DNA of 64,000 nucleotides from NCBI GenBank assembly GCA_009602735.1, contig WELA01002777.1:89680-153679 (forward strand), read 5' to 3'. Source of the DNA: Mesotaenium endlicherianum (Eukaryota). The notes beneath the pieces are model-generated. The model saw nothing but the letters and a program-made list of their open reading frames with translations, had not been told where the DNA came from and did not search any database. The position numbers were made by a program, and so were the translations under genes. Shown here piece after piece: positions 13,041 through 25,998 of the stretch. The stretch's first letter is position 1. Every line of letters starts with the position of its first letter.

Positions 13041-14604
13041 TTAGATATTTTTATTTTTTTGGTCCTCCTCCACCCTGACATTTTGTAGGGGGCGAACCCT
13101 AAACGGGCATGGAAAGGTCCGTGATTATTCTGTCTAAGTTTTTCTGCTTAGGACATGTTCAAGGTTATGCCAAGTGTCCATCCCCAGGCTCGTGCAAATG
13201 GTGGGAAGGGAGTTGCGCGGAGGTTTACAGAGGGTTCCGATCTCTTATGACGAGTCTTTTTTCAATGGTCGGTTGTGACTTAGATACAATTTGTGATGAA
13301 TTCCATATCTTTAATTTGGCGTCGTGCGGTGGGAGATGGAAAGAAACTCTTCAAGTTTATTGTCGGGTGTACATGTAGGGCTAAGGATCTCATTTGGGCT
13401 GGAGTGTAAGCTCCATTGTATAGTAAAGTGTTCATTTGTCCATGTGGAAACCTCCACCCAATTGGGTACACGATGAAGTCTTCCCTGTCCATGTTGCGTG
13501 GATGCATAATAGAAGGAGCCTGGTTTCATCTACTCGTTTGCGCTTGCAACTTCACCATTTTTGCATGTTTGTTTATGTCGTCCATTGTCGCCGATTGCGT
13601 GATTTTTACTTTCTAAGTGTTGCTGTATTTTATCCCTTGCTTTCTTGTGTCAGTGAGTTTGGATAGTGATTGTACGAAAGGATGATGTTGTGCTGCTGGC
13701 ATGCATAGACATATGGCATTATTGGCTTTAAACGTGGACAAAGTATGAAGGATGCATATTGTTTTGTCATAGTAGTAACACCATAGTGTCAACGTGTATA
13801 GAAGCCTCGGTACTTTTTTCTTTCACAAGTACGATCTTCAATGAGCAGATATTGAGAGGGGTAAATAAATGGATTCGGCCATGTCTCCATGTACTAGAAG
13901 ATCATACAATAGGGCAAATAATCCTCTAGCCGGGTGAACTTATAAGCCGTCACTCAAATTGTGAACAATTTGTTCGATAGAAGCTTTCATGCATGAGTGA
14001 AGCATATGAATGGCAGGTAAATTAGTAACTAAAACATATCAACAAAGGACGACAATCTACAATTCAATATGCAATTGCATACATTAAATATTTAGTAAGA
14101 CTTGGTCAAACTTAGCTATACTCAACGTAGGCACCATTCGGAAGCTTTACATTCCATTCACTTGATGTGCTTCTAATATTGCTGGGCAACCCACCAGAGG
14201 AGGAAGACGAGAGTAAGATAGACGTAGGGCGCCTTTTGTATACAAGATATATGAGAATTAGTGAACATGTGGAATGTTAAGTAAAACAGGAGAAGTTGAT
14301 CATCATTTTTATTAATACCACTCTATACCCCCAACCTCAAGTATCACCTCTACTATCCTGTGGAATATTCTCTCAACTGAATGCATCTTTTTAACCTTAT
14401 GCTGGCAATTGTTGAAAACAGGAAACATCATTCAAGAAGCGATTTGAGTCAACGAGTCCGGAAATCAGCTGTAGTTAACCATATGACCACAAAACTCCTA
14501 CTTATTTTGACCTGATCTGGCCAGATTTGGCTATATAGCAGTTGATTTGTGGGTGCCTGAGGTTTTCAAATCGATTGAATCGGTCCAATGGGTCCAGTTT
14601 TATA

Positions 14605-15363
14605 GGGAAAATTACATTTCTACCATCAATTTGTGCCGTTACTCCAACTTTACCATCGATTTGTGCAAACTGGACATAAATATACAGATTCTGCCAATTT
14701 GGACAGATATACCACTTTTTCGTTTCGAACCTGTTTTTCTTTCTGCTTTCTCACCGTAAATACTTTGTAGTTCGAGTGTCGTCGAGCACTTCAAGTTATC
14801 TACTGTATAAGTCGTGCGAACTATCTCCACACGAAAGTATACTGACATTATTTTTTAAGCGAAAAAGTGGAATGAACATGTGCCCAATTTCAGTAAAATA
14901 TTTAAGCAGCTATGTTTATTTCTTTCGAATCTCTAAAATGTCTGAAAGCATAAACCTTCACAACTCGTCACCCTAAACCCTACTCCCGTTAGCGTGACCT
15001 TCACAGGTCCAAAGGTTTTCGGCGCTCCCCTCCTGTCCTTTAAGCCTTCGGGTTCAATTTCAGATTTGTATCCCTTCAAAAATTTCGTCTAAAAAGCAAC
15101 ATTTTCTCCTCGGAAATAAGTATATCCTACCCTGAAAAGAAAGAAACAACTGTCACGCCCTCGTACATTCGTGTGAAGTCTTCCTTACACGAGTTTACCG
15201 ACGGACCTAGCTTTCGTTCGCATTATTACATATACTGATCGGGACGAAAAAGTGGTATATTTTGTCCAAATTGGCAGAATGTGTGTATTTCTGTCCAGTT
15301 TGCACAAACCGATGGTAAAGTTGGAGTAACGGCACAAATCGATGGTAGAAACGTGTTTATCCC
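14605..15363. mobile_element. Non-autonomous Mutator-like element (MULE/MITE)
   Basis: About 120-bp imperfect terminal inverted repeats (14605-~14725 vs ~15243-15363) starting GGGA. Flanks AGTTTTATA and ACTTTTAAA form a degenerate 9-bp target-site duplication (7/9). Confidence 0.85.
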
Positions 15364-16171
15364 ACTTTTAAATTGTCACGCACCATCATGCACGTTAACA
15401 TATCTTCACTTTGCTCGGACGAGGTTACGACTGACAACACGACACGTCTCTCACGTCTGCAACGTGCAAGTTGGCGCCGACATGTCTTCCAAGAGAAGCT
15501 TCTCGTCTCCCTGGTGCTTCGACCTGCTTCGACCTGCTTCGCCCCCTTCAGATTCCCACCACCGCTGTTGAGCAGCTGTTGAGTGCTGAAGAAAAGAATC
15601 TCAGGTGGAACATTCGCCTCCTGTAGTTCCTGCATTCTAGTAAATATACGTCTTTGTTCAAGCATATTAATAGTATAACTATGGCTATGTACATGCGAGC
15701 TACTTATAATTTACTTCTCTTTCCTTCGCCTGGTAATAAGAAGGATTTGTATATATTTGGATGTATATGGTAGGGAGCATTGGGGAGCACCCAGGCTACC
15801 GGCTGTCGAGAAAACAATTTTTATATACGTGGTAATGTCGGGATTGTCAGTTTGTCAGCTAGCTGTTCCTGGGAGGATGTACTTGGGCCTGTACCTACTC
15901 GTACATCTGGTGAAGCTAATTTTCCTTTTTCGTGTCCTATTTCTGACGAGTCTGGCACGCTAGAGCGATTATGCCCGGCGACGCTCTTTATCGCATGATG
16001 ACCCTAACCGTGTCGCATTATCACATTCGCCATCGCTGTACGTGGCTATATCTATACTCACCGCAGGTCGTTTTGCCAAGGTTGGTGAATTAGGTGGCAA
16101 CCTGTTACCGCGATTTTGAGTACTTTTCTGGATATATTGAACTCTAAAAGCTTAATTCGGATACTGTCAAC

Positions 16172-16404
16172 CAGGCCCCTGGATTCGAGATAATTTTTTA
16201 CGTTTTTTTTCCTATCTAGAATATTTCAAAATTGCTCAAAAACGGGAATTACCTAAACCAGTTTCCTAGTTCACTAAAGGATATTTTGTTCGAAATTTGT
16301 CTCAAAATCAAAAAAGTTTGATGAAATGTTTTTAATTGTGTTGGATTTTCTCACAAAATCATGGGCGTCAGAAATAACAGGTCTCGGTTGAATCCTGGGG
16401 CCTG
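16172..16404. mobile_element. hAT-like MITE, 233 bp
   Basis: 15-bp TIRs CAGGCCCCTGGATTC / GAATCCTGGGGCCTG with one mismatch. 8-bp flanks CTGTCAAC and CTGTCGAC. Confidence 0.8.
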
Positions 16405-16543
16405 CTGTCGACTCTCGAGCCTGATCGAGCCTTCACGATCACAAGAAGCTGGCTGGCTGGGGCTGCGTGGGTGCGTGGCTGGGGACAGCTAGGGGCATGT
16501 GTTGTCCCTGCTAGTCGCTACATTCGAATAATATGGGCGCTGG

Positions 16544-16873
16544 CATGGGGTGCTGACTGTCGCAAAGATTCCTGAATTATTGAAAAAAATCGCAAAGTCT
16601 GCAAATGAAGCCGCCGCTTTCTTCGTCTCATTTATCATTTTCGCAAGGTTAAAAAGCGCCGCAGGCGACTCCGGACGGTTGATTTCGCAAGAATTTTAAA
16701 AAAAGGCTTGATATTTGCCGCAGGAAAGACGACAATTTGAAAAGATGCCGCAAAAACATGTGAATTCTGATTAAGTTCACCAAGATGCACAACATACTGA
16801 TTTTTATCGCCAATTACAAATTCTTGGTTTTATTCGCAAAGAATGCCCTCCTGGACAAAAGAGTTACCCCATG
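16544..16873. mobile_element. hAT-like MITE, 330 bp
   Basis: Ends CATGGGGT...ACCCCATG. Perfect 8-bp TSD GGCGCTGG at 16536-16543 and 16874-16881. Internal repeated CGCAA motifs. Confidence 0.85.
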
Positions 16874-17830
16874 GGCGCTGGTATCCTCGGGAAACCACGA
16901 CGAGGGAGCAGCAACGACTGGCAACAATTATTTTCTCGCTACCTTACTATTTGTCTTATATCGTACGACTAGATTTAAGGTGTGTAACTACAACAATTAG
17001 GACTCACTAAAGAGTGAATCCAGGATCAAATTTTGAAATTGGTTTCGAATGGTTTTGACTGTAGAAACAGCAACGGAATGGCGGGAATATACGCTAAAAT
17101 ATGGTGCAGATTGGGTTTTGAAATGAGAACTTTTAACATTCAAACCTGTTAAATTCAAACGCTTACCTCAGCTGAATCTTATCTGTTTCGCATCGACATC
17201 GCCGCCGACCTCTTGGCATTCCAGGCAGTCGATGGCGCTCCTCCCTGGCTCCTCCTGCTCCTTTAATCACCCTAAATTGCCCTTGCGCTATCGTGCCATG
17301 CTGGAATGGACAGCTGTGGCGGGTGGCTCGTGTCTCGTGCTTAGATGTGCGAAAGAAGTGTAACAGCCTCCTTGCACTGGCTAGGCCCCCACACAGCAGA
17401 GACGTCGAGAGGTAACCAGGAAAAGGTTCGCCGCCGTCCCGTGTGCATGTCCCACTCACTTGTTCGACTTTGTAAGAAGCTCGTGTAAGCTTTTTAGCTC
17501 ACTTGTCGGGTGCAATCGTTCTCAATTAACACTCTCTTCGTTATAAGATGATTACATTGGGCCCGATGGCGTCTTGTCAGGGGTAGCCTGTTACTTTCTT
17601 TCGGCAATTGATTTGTTGGCTGTGAAGCACTCCCTCGTCAGGTTTGACGTGGTCTGAAGCTTGTTCGGCCGCTTGGTTGTCACTTACCTGATTCATTAAA
17701 AGTGACTTCATAGTGAAATCGCTGATGGACGTCGTTGAATAACCCGTTGGAGTTGTAATAATTTTATGGTCGAAGTTAGACTGTATTTCTGGCAGAATAT
17801 AGCGAGGTAGGACTTTGTGAGGAGGCCCTG

Positions 17831-18052
17831 ATGACGAAAGAGGATGTGAGCAAGCTGAGTGCTAGCGAGAAGGAGAAGACTAAGTTGAGGGAGAGGCAGA
17901 GGCGAGCCATTACCACTAAAATTTTTGCTGGCCTGAGGAAATACGGTGGATATAACTTGCCTCCTAGAGCAGACATAAATGACGTGCTGAGGGCATTGGC
18001 TGCTGAAGCTGGTTGGGTGGTGGAAAACGATGGAACGACCTATCGCATGCCT
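17831..18052 (+). CDS. BES1/BZR1: BES1/BZR1-family transcription factor, exon 1 (DNA-binding domain)
   Basis: [60 protein letters not shown] is a textbook BES1_N domain. GTACGC donor follows TTYRMP, near the usual intron position. Confidence 0.95.
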
Positions 18053-19109
18053 GTACGCTTTTCCTTCCTTATTCTTGATCACCTTATCCTGCGTTCCTGG
18101 AGTGCGAAGCTCCTGCAATACTCTCCTGTCACCGAGAAGGGTTGGGTTTTACTTGGTCTTACAAGCTGGAGGAAGTGCAGCTCAAGCTTACATTAATGTG
18201 TATCTGCATTGTACTACTTGGAGAAGTTTACCGGAATTGTAAACCTAATGGTATAGGGACAGTCAGTTAGCTTGGGGTTAAAAGAGGCTGGCTCACGTGA
18301 ACAGGGATGCTTGCTGTGCTGGTGCATTTCCATAATAAGGAGAAACTTTAATTCACTAACGCAAACTCAGTGGCAAAGATTATGCTACATGTGAGGAATG
18401 TTGTAATGAGTGGCCTTGTTAGGCTTGTCAGAACTCCAAAGCGCCGTATATGTTCAGGTCAACCTCTTTGAGCTGTCACTTCAGTTCTTATTGATGGTAT
18501 CTGTAGGAGTGCAGTTTGGAGTTGCATCTAACTCAGTCTTCAGCCTCTCTTGAAGCCTCCAGCTAGCTCATGGCTGCTTCGCAACTTAAGTTGTCTACTG
18601 CCACTTTCTTAATCACAACATATCACCAGAATCTTTTCTTGCATCTATGTAACTGCATCTGGTTGTCAATGGGACAGAGGTGAGCGTATCTTTTCATTGA
18701 GAGAAAAAAAGGAGCTGATTCAGTTTGAACTCTTCAGTTTTAGGGTTGGCCTAGAGTGGGCTAGTCTCAGGGACGTGCTTCCGGACAATCAGTTCGTTAG
18801 GTTTGTCACAAGGTCCTTATTATTAATAGAGTATCTGTTACAAGTGCATTCGTCCTTGCAACTTTCAAATCCGCCTGATTTCATTCGGTCGGGAATATTA
18901 GGCTCTGGAATTGCTGCTCACGTGCAGTGATGTGGTGTGCTTTTACCCAGTACCCTCTATTTTCCATAGGGTCCCAGCTCATAGTGGATGAATCAGGCAA
19001 AGTTGAAATAATGGTAGCCGAACCCATAGGTTTGAGTCCGTCAACTCGCGGGCGGTTCCTCTTCTTTAAAGGCAACATTGCATCCCTTCCCCTTGTTTTT
19101 GCCCTGCAG

Positions 19110-20321
19110 AATTTTCAGCCTGGGCAGCGACACCCTGCCACTCACAACAGGGGGGGGGCGGGGCCGGCCTCCAATGTCAGCTCGCAGCTGGCGAGCTCTC
19201 TGCAGTCCATGCAGGCCAACTTCCAGTCTGCTGCTGGGATGATGCACAATCAGCAGCAAGGGGGGCAGCTACAGAGTGGGTCCATGAGCAATGCAAGAGA
19301 TAATGTAGCTGCAGGCAGCGGGGGGGTCATCTTCAACCCTGCAACGGCTGGCAACTATAGCACAGGTGCCGGGGGGGGGTTCAACGCGGTAGCCCCAGCC
19401 GGCGCGGGTACGACCTTTACATCGAGTGCAGCAGGATATAGTCCGGCGCCGGGAGTGTTCCAGGGGCAGGGGCCGCCAAACGGGTCGGGGGGATTTAACG
19501 CCTCCTCAGCACCTCTCGGAGGCAGCCACCTGGAAGCCTCCATGGCAATGCTGCAGGCCAGTCAGGGGGGGCCACTTGGCGCCCAGTTTGTGGCTCAGCT
19601 GGCGCAGGGTGGTCCGCAGGGGCTGATCAACATGCAGATGCCGGGCGGCCTCCTGGGGGGCCCAGGCCTGACGATGCCACACGGCATGGTGGGAACACAG
19701 CACATGCAGGGCGGCGTGCCGAATTCGACCGTTCTCGACATTGGCCGAAACTCGTCGTCCATGCTGATGCCGCCAGGTGCCATGGACCCGAGCAGCGGGC
19801 TCTTCCTGGGGAATGGGCACCCGGGCAGCAGCGGGCCAGTTGGCGTCGAGTACAAGCCCGACATGCACAACCAGGGACTGCTGCTTCAGATGCAGCAGCC
19901 CAACATGGCCAACTTCCAGCAGCAGATGCAGCAGCAGCAACAGGCCGTGCAACAAGCGCAGGCGCAGCAAGCGCAGGCCCAGCAGCAGCAGCAGCAGCAG
20001 CAGCAGGCGCAGCAGGCGCAGCAGGCGCAGCAGGCGCAGCAGGCGCAGCAGCAGGTGCAGCAAGCACAGCAGCAGCAGCAGGCAGCCCAACAGCAGCAGG
20101 TGGCCCAGCAGCAGGCAGCCCAGCAGCAGGCCCAACAGCAGGCACAGCAGCAGCAGGTGCAGCAGCAGGTGCAGCAGGTGCAGCAGCAGCAGGAGCAGCA
20201 AGCCCAGCAGCTGCAAAGCGTCTCCCCTGTGGACAGAGGCAGCGGGTCCCCCCCCCCCAGCAAGAAGACGCGGGTGAAGAGCCCCATGAGCTCAGCTGCC
20301 GGGGAGCCCACTGCTGCATGA
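19110..20321 (+). CDS. BES1/BZR1: BES1/BZR1-family transcription factor, exon 2 (G/M/Q-rich region, poly-Q/QA tract, C-terminal PSKKTRV NLS-like motif)
   Basis: Polypyrimidine tract plus ctgcag acceptor, phase 0 compatible with exon 1, 403 open codons with GC3-rich usage. Confidence 0.8.
   Translation, partial: NFQPGQRHPATHNRGGAGPASNVSSQLASSLQSMQANFQSAAGMMHNQQQGGQLQSGSMSNARDNVAAGSGGVIFNPATAGNYSTGAGGGFNAVAPAGAGTTFTSSAAGYSPAPGVFQGQGPPNGSGGFNASSAPLGGSHLEASMAMLQASQGGPLGAQFVAQLAQGGPQGLINMQMPGGLLGGPGLTMPHGMVGTQHMQGGVPNSTVLDIGRNSSSMLMPPGAMDPSSGLFLGNGHPGSSGPVGVEYKPDMHNQGLLLQMQQPNMANFQQQMQQQQQAVQQAQAQQAQAQQQQQQQQQAQQAQQAQQAQQAQQQVQQAQQQQQAAQQQQVAQQQAAQQQAQQQAQQQQVQQQVQQVQQQQEQQAQQLQSVSPVDRGSGSPPPSKKTRVKSPMSSAAGEPTAA
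19910..20215 (+). repeat. Coding CAG/CAGGCG repeat (poly-Q, QQAQ)
   Basis: Directly visible within the BZR exon 2. Confidence 0.9.
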
Positions 20322-20779
20322 CCCCGCCCTCTTGTGGAGGCCGCGCCGGGACAGGTGGCAGGTAGCATGCCCCCGGCGCAGTCGGTGGTTTCCCTGGCGA
20401 GTGTTGCTTGGGGATTCGGGGCCCGGAGGTGGGGAGGAGTGTGCTGATGATAAACGCATTGCTGCGTGGTAGTTTTCCCAAGGGAGCTGTGTGGCAAAGA
20501 ATGGAAAGCAGGGAATTTGAACGGGAAATGAGGGAATCGAAAATGGACACTTGAAATTGGGCGTTGCTGGCAGCTCCTCGGGGTGTCGCGTTTGAGCGGC
20601 AAACGTCCTGCCTGGGCTTCCGCATATTAGAGTATGTAGTGCACAGAGCTCTTAGAGGAGGTGCGCGTTGGCAAGCCATACAGGTGTCGACACGGTAGGG
20701 AGCCAGAGAGAGAGAGAGAGCGGAGGGGAGTCGGAGAGAGCGTGCGGGAGAGCCATAGCCAAGATAGGGACCCTGGGCC

Positions 20780-20807
20780 AGGGTTAGGGTTAGGGTTAGG
20801 ATTAGGG
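20780..20807 (+). repeat. Short interstitial (TTAGGG)n telomere-like tract
   Basis: agggttagggttagggttaggattaggg. Confidence 0.7.
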
Positions 20808-22202
20808 CTCGAGGTGTGAGGTTTTTCGTGCCTCTAGTTTGTTAGTGACGACTGTTTTAGCTTGCAGTTGTAGCCGGGCAGACAGACTCTGGGTGCGCGC
20901 TTTGTCGTCTGCTCACGTTGCATCTCCCCTTGCCAGGAGGGCTGAGGGTGTGATGGGCCAGCTGCTATGGTCTCAAAGGATGCCAGTTTCCACACCAATC
21001 TCTTAGCAGGGTTGCTTGTGAGCCTGGATGATGCAGTCAGTGCGTTCTGACAAGGAGCGGGCGAGCGTAGAATACGCAAGATGGAGCAAAGTGGAGGTGC
21101 GGACGAGTCTTAGTTGCTTTGGCAGGGCTACAGAAAGTTTAAGTTAGCAGTGGAAGGTGCAGGCTTCAAAAAGGTGCAGGCAACAAGTACAGTACATATA
21201 TTTTTTCAGGCCCACCATCCTTGGTGTGATGGTTCCAGCGTTGAAAAAGGGTGAAATTGGACATGTTCAGTTGGGCAGATTAGGGCTGGCCGATCGCGCG
21301 CTTCTGTTGAGAATTTGACTTGCTTCCTCTGTAGCCTTAGGTCGGCTCAGTTTTCTGCAAACATCTTCCCGTTTTTTAGCATACACAATTTTCCGAGGCA
21401 TTCCCCACGCATGCATGTGGAGAAGAGGGGAACATCTATCTTGACATTACTCTTTTGTTGTGAAAGATTGTTTTTTGTGCTACCTTCTCTAACGAGTAGG
21501 TGTTTTCAAATCTGGTAGAGGGTGCATGGACGTCCATGACGAAGTGCCCATCAGTTGGTGCCTTTAGGTAGGTATTCACGATGGCTCAGGTCATGATGCT
21601 AACCGTATCTTACTTCTAAGTCCATGATTTATGTTGTAAATCGAAAATCTAGTTGCATGTACCATACCAAAGTCCTTATTGAATGGCCAAACCTGTTAAT
21701 ATTCGTATCTCACATGAAGTTGGTGATTGTCGATGTATCTGCTCCACCTTGATCCCCTTCAGCTCCCTCGTCAAGGTTGCAAGACGGTGCACATGCGAGT
21801 GCATGAGGGCAGGTTCCCCACAACCAACTAGCCGGTAAATGAATAACAATGTGGCACATTTTGCCTACTTTTTGCCTCTTTGTATTTATATTCATGACAC
21901 TCTTATTTGTCACTGTGTTACTACCAATCACCATCAAGTAGCATGATGCTCTTGCAAAAACAACTACTAAGACACTCAATAGTTGAAGTATTTGTGACTT
22001 AGGCGTTCCGACCTTATTTAGCATGATATCCCTTTCATCGGATAGCGATGTCATTTCGCTTGTTGCTTTTACTAGCCACTCAACTTGTCACATGTTTTAC
22101 TTGGATAACCAATGTGCAGGACTACACCCGCTTAGACAACTTGGCCAATTGTGTCCCATCAAATTACACTCGGACCATCAACGAGGAGGTGCGTGTTAGT
22201 AA

Positions 22203-22370
22203 TGTAATGAATCAGTATATTATTTAGTTTTAGTAATCCAATTGAATGAAGAGTAAATTAAGTTCAGTCTGTTGAACTATAGTTGATTTTACGTTAAAAG
22301 ACTCAGCCGAGAGTAGCAGACTATAGTCTTCTTAGGTCAGCTTGCTGACACATTCTTTGACATCCAGCTG
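22203..22370 (+). mobile_element. Old truncated family-A LTR fragment
   Basis: Starts TGTAATGAATCAGTATATT and contains TTAGGTCAGCTTGCTGACACATTCTTTGACA, as in the LTR at 25280. Confidence 0.75.
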
Positions 22371-22860
22371 TCTATGTAGTGAAACAGATAGTTGAAGTAC
22401 TTAGTAAGATAAAATACTTTTTCTTATTCAAGACAAGGATATTTGAACACAAGCAGTAGCTTCTTGAGAGAGAGAGAGAGAGGTTTCTTGAAACTTAATA
22501 TATTTCTACTATTTGGCAAGTACAAGAGTGATTCTAGAATGCCTCTCTATGGTCTAGCTCTTGGTCATATATTTGCTACACAAAGGTGCATGTTGATGTG
22601 TTGGCACCCAACACATTTCAAAACTTGTCAACTCTTTCTATAATAATATACACATGGATCTTTTTGACCCAAAAATGGCATATTTGATTGTTGCCACATG
22701 GAGTTCTTGTAAGTCATTCTTCTAACTTTTGAAAATAACCTAGGACGGACATGAACCAAGTCACTAGAGAACCTATTTACACTTGAATCCACACAAAATT
22801 ACCCTTCAAATATTCAAAAACATTAAATTATGAAAAAGAACTAATCTAGTTGAACTTTTA

Positions 22861-25279
22861 TCGCTACATCACTCCCCGTCTCGACGCTTCAAGTTAGGTA
22901 TTCCTGACCCACTTGGCCAGCCTTATCCTTAATGATACGGGGAAATGTGTGCAATTAGGCTTAAATATTGCCACGCATTCAAAATTCATAGAGTCCACAA
23001 AACTGCTCCAAATCTTAGAAGTTGAGTGCCAGACGGAGCACATCAGAGACGCCTATAGGGCCACCAAATTTGAGAGCAAGCCAAAGTTAGAAGTGCTATC
23101 AAGAGCGCTCCTCTTACTTTGTGCAAAAGCTTCTGAAAGTCACAATTCATTCTATGCTTCCTCAAATGCTACAACACTATTCTCTAAATCAGCGCGTTGA
23201 CGTCCTCTACAACAGTCATGAGCTTCAGAGAATTCCAAGTTCAAGGGAGGTCACAATATCATGAAATACATTGTGCTCCAATAATGCCAGCAGCGTAACC
23301 TCCTTGTGCTCAGAGATTTTTATCTTCCTACCAGAGTTGTAAATTAAGCAAACTTAGTCTTTGAAGAAGTGTCTGATGAAGAACTATGGCTTGGTAAATT
23401 TTCAAGATATAACATTAAGACAGTGAATTGCAGTGGGAAACTGAAGGTTGCAATTCAGAAGTGTCAATGGAGAGATAAGTGGTTGATGTTACTTCTTGTG
23501 GGTCTTGGTTCTTGCAGGCTTCTTCCCAAAAGTATTGGAGGTCTTAAAGAAGAGTCTTGGGATAAGTCCAAGGTGCAGGTTGGCGGCGTGGAAACGCCTT
23601 AGCTTTCATTCAACTTTGTTAAGGTAGTGTGCCGCAACCCAGCTATTCTCTAACTCTAGATTTCCTTCCCCCTTGATCAAATATTGTTGTTGCCTAATGA
23701 AATTTCTCACATCCAATATGTTCTCAACTTCATACTCCAAACGATCATCCGCACTTGTTGGGGCCGGTGCGATTGTCACTCATCTTGGAAACGCGTTGTA
23801 CGGTTGTACATACGGCTTGCAGGAGGAAGCATGGAATAAAGGGTCAATGTGGGAGCTCTAGCTTGAAAGCAACAAGGTTGACTTGTGGAAAATCTTGAAT
23901 GGTCCCAAATACTTAGGAGAGAACTTGCTTTTGGCAAGCCTGTTGTTGAAGAAAATCTTATTGGATAATAGTATCATCTTGTCACCCACTTTGTATGAAA
24001 TTTTTTTTCTAGACCCATTTGCCATTCGTGCTTGAGCATCTTGCGCGTGATCTAGAGCTTTCTTGGCCGTTGCAAGGGCTTCATCCAATGTCTCCAAAAT
24101 ATTTGATGCGGCATGGGTGAAGGTGAATGGCGTCATGATTCCAGGTCATAGTTGGTTGAAATATTCAATGTTGTGCCCATTAAAAATGACTTGTGAATCT
24201 TGGATCTTTATTGGCGTCCAGGGAGTTGGAAGGTGTTGTCAAAAATGAGTCTTGCGAGTTGTGGTGCCGTAGCCTTAGTCTGAAGGGGATTACTAATTAA
24301 TCTTTGTGTAAGTCTTTCCACCACTGTCAAACTTGCATTATGGTTTTGAGGTGACACAGGGAGATCCACAATAAGGTCCAAAAAGATGTCCGTCCATTGC
24401 CTCTCTGGGATTGGTAGTGGTTAGAGGACTCCTCCCGCCTTTTGTAGTGATGGCTTGATTCTTTGGCATGTGTGACAACTCTTGCAATACTCCTTGAATT
24501 GCTTAGATATGTCTGGCCAGGAATGAATTCTTGCTAGCACGCAGGTGGTCTTTGACATTCCAAAGTATCTTTCAAGAGGGTTGTCATGTGCTTCATTTAG
24601 AAGTAAAAGCCGGAGGTTCAAGTCATTGGGAACAAATCTGTGGCCCATGTCTTGCCTCACCCAATAATCGTCTCCTTGCTTCGTGTATGGGTCTAAGGCG
24701 GCGTCTCTGTTCTTGTAATAAGGGTCTTCTTCATAGGCAGCTAAGAATTGTACCTCCAAATCCGTGTGCAAGGTTATTAGACCGAGTTTACTTGTAGTCT
24801 TGAAAGGGGCCCGGCTGAATTTGTCTTGCCAGGTTAGTACTGAATCTTGATGTTACATTTTTGCAGGTTTCTACTCCATCTTGCTTGTCTCCTTGAGAGA
24901 TACGGCTGCATCTGAAGGTGCTCCAATGCCTTGTGGTTTGTAATGACCAGCACCTTGCGTCCTTCAACGTAGCAAGGCCAAATCTTCAAGGCATGTATAA
25001 TTGCCAACGTTTCTCTTCCCGTGGTAATTTTGCTCGGTTGAATTCAACTTTGTTGACTCGTAGGCAATGGGTTGCAGTCCCTTGCCTTTGTCTTGGAGCA
25101 GGATTGCTTTATTGCGTAGGAAGATGCATTGATGATGTCGTGGAAGGGCCAATCTGGATTTGGAATCGAGAGTATGAGCACCAGGAATGTTGTTAATTTT
25201 TGCTTCAATGGTTGGAATGCTGCCTCCTCTTTCTTAGTCCAAACATATGGCTTGTCCTTCTTGAGCAAGTCAACGAGGG
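22861..25279 (-). pseudogene. Decayed chromoviral Ty3/gypsy pol 3' half (family C): RNase H, integrase zinc finger, chromodomain, PPT and LTR start
   Basis: Minus-strand fragments LLKKDKPYVW..EEAAF.LK, PIAYES.KLN..EQNY, EAHDNP...CKSCHTCQR, KFSPKYLGPF and EYEVENILDVRN...QYLIK. GAGACGGGGAGTGA is followed by TGTAGCG at 22868. Confidence 0.8.
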
Positions 25280-25998
25280 TGTAATGAATCAGTATATTGG
25301 TAGATATAAAATTCATTTAAACACAATAATTAAATAAGTTCGGCCTGCTGAACTTAAGTAAATATTGAGTCTGCTGGACTTTATTAAATATTCAATTTAA
25401 TGACTCAGCTGGGAGCAGCAGGCTGAAGTCAACTTAGGTCAGCTTGCTGACACATTCTTTGACAGCCAGCTGACTTCCGTACTCGGTAGCAGCGAACTGC
25501 CTCGATATGCATCTAAGTGTGGTATGCTAGATGAATGGCCAGATGACATCCTTAGGATGGATGGCGATTCGGGATGATGGGAGATGGCGGTGGATTTGGT
25601 TAACCGAGGTCCTACCAACGTAGTCAACTCCCGGGTAGGAGGTGCCATCGCACTGGCCGTAAAACAGTAAACTCATTCCATGTACATATGCTAGACATTG
25701 CTCTCGAGTTCAGCATTTGGAAACGAGGCCAAGTCTCTTGTATTGCTTACTGAGAGATATCTGAATCCAAGGCGAGAAGCCATTGGTATGCACTGTCTCC
25801 TAGCCTTGCTTATCTATGAGTTTACCGATTGCATTTTTTATGCTAGTTTACTTGCATTTGACTCGCGAGTATTGTTCACAGCTAGTGTGTTGTCCTTTGC
25901 TGTTTAATTAATTAACAGAAAGTACCATAAAGACTACTTGCTGATACAAAGATCTTCATTAATCGTTAATCGCCTATTTGATAAGTCGATTCATTTCA
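25280..25998 (+). mobile_element. Family-A copy A1, 5' LTR
   Basis: TG...CA ends, followed by a mutated PBS TGGAATCGGAGC at 26000-26011. Confidence 0.9.

Noticed and set aside
18927..19109. N-terminal 61 aa of the 464-aa ORF
   Set aside because: Precedes a strong polypyrimidine-CAG acceptor and is best read as intron.
19506..20679. Antisense poly-L, poly-C and poly-A ORFs
   Set aside because: Shadows of the CAG repeat in the BZR exon.
22900..23600. Extra ORF between the family-C chromodomain and PPT
   Set aside because: The spacing is suggestive but no frame stays open and no similarity to the family-A ORF is visible.
25439..25648. Recurrent 69-aa (MAPPTREL...) and 88-aa (MRINGFSP...) ORFs
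   Set aside because: They lie in family-A LTRs, recur only because the LTRs are repeats, and are broken in some copies.
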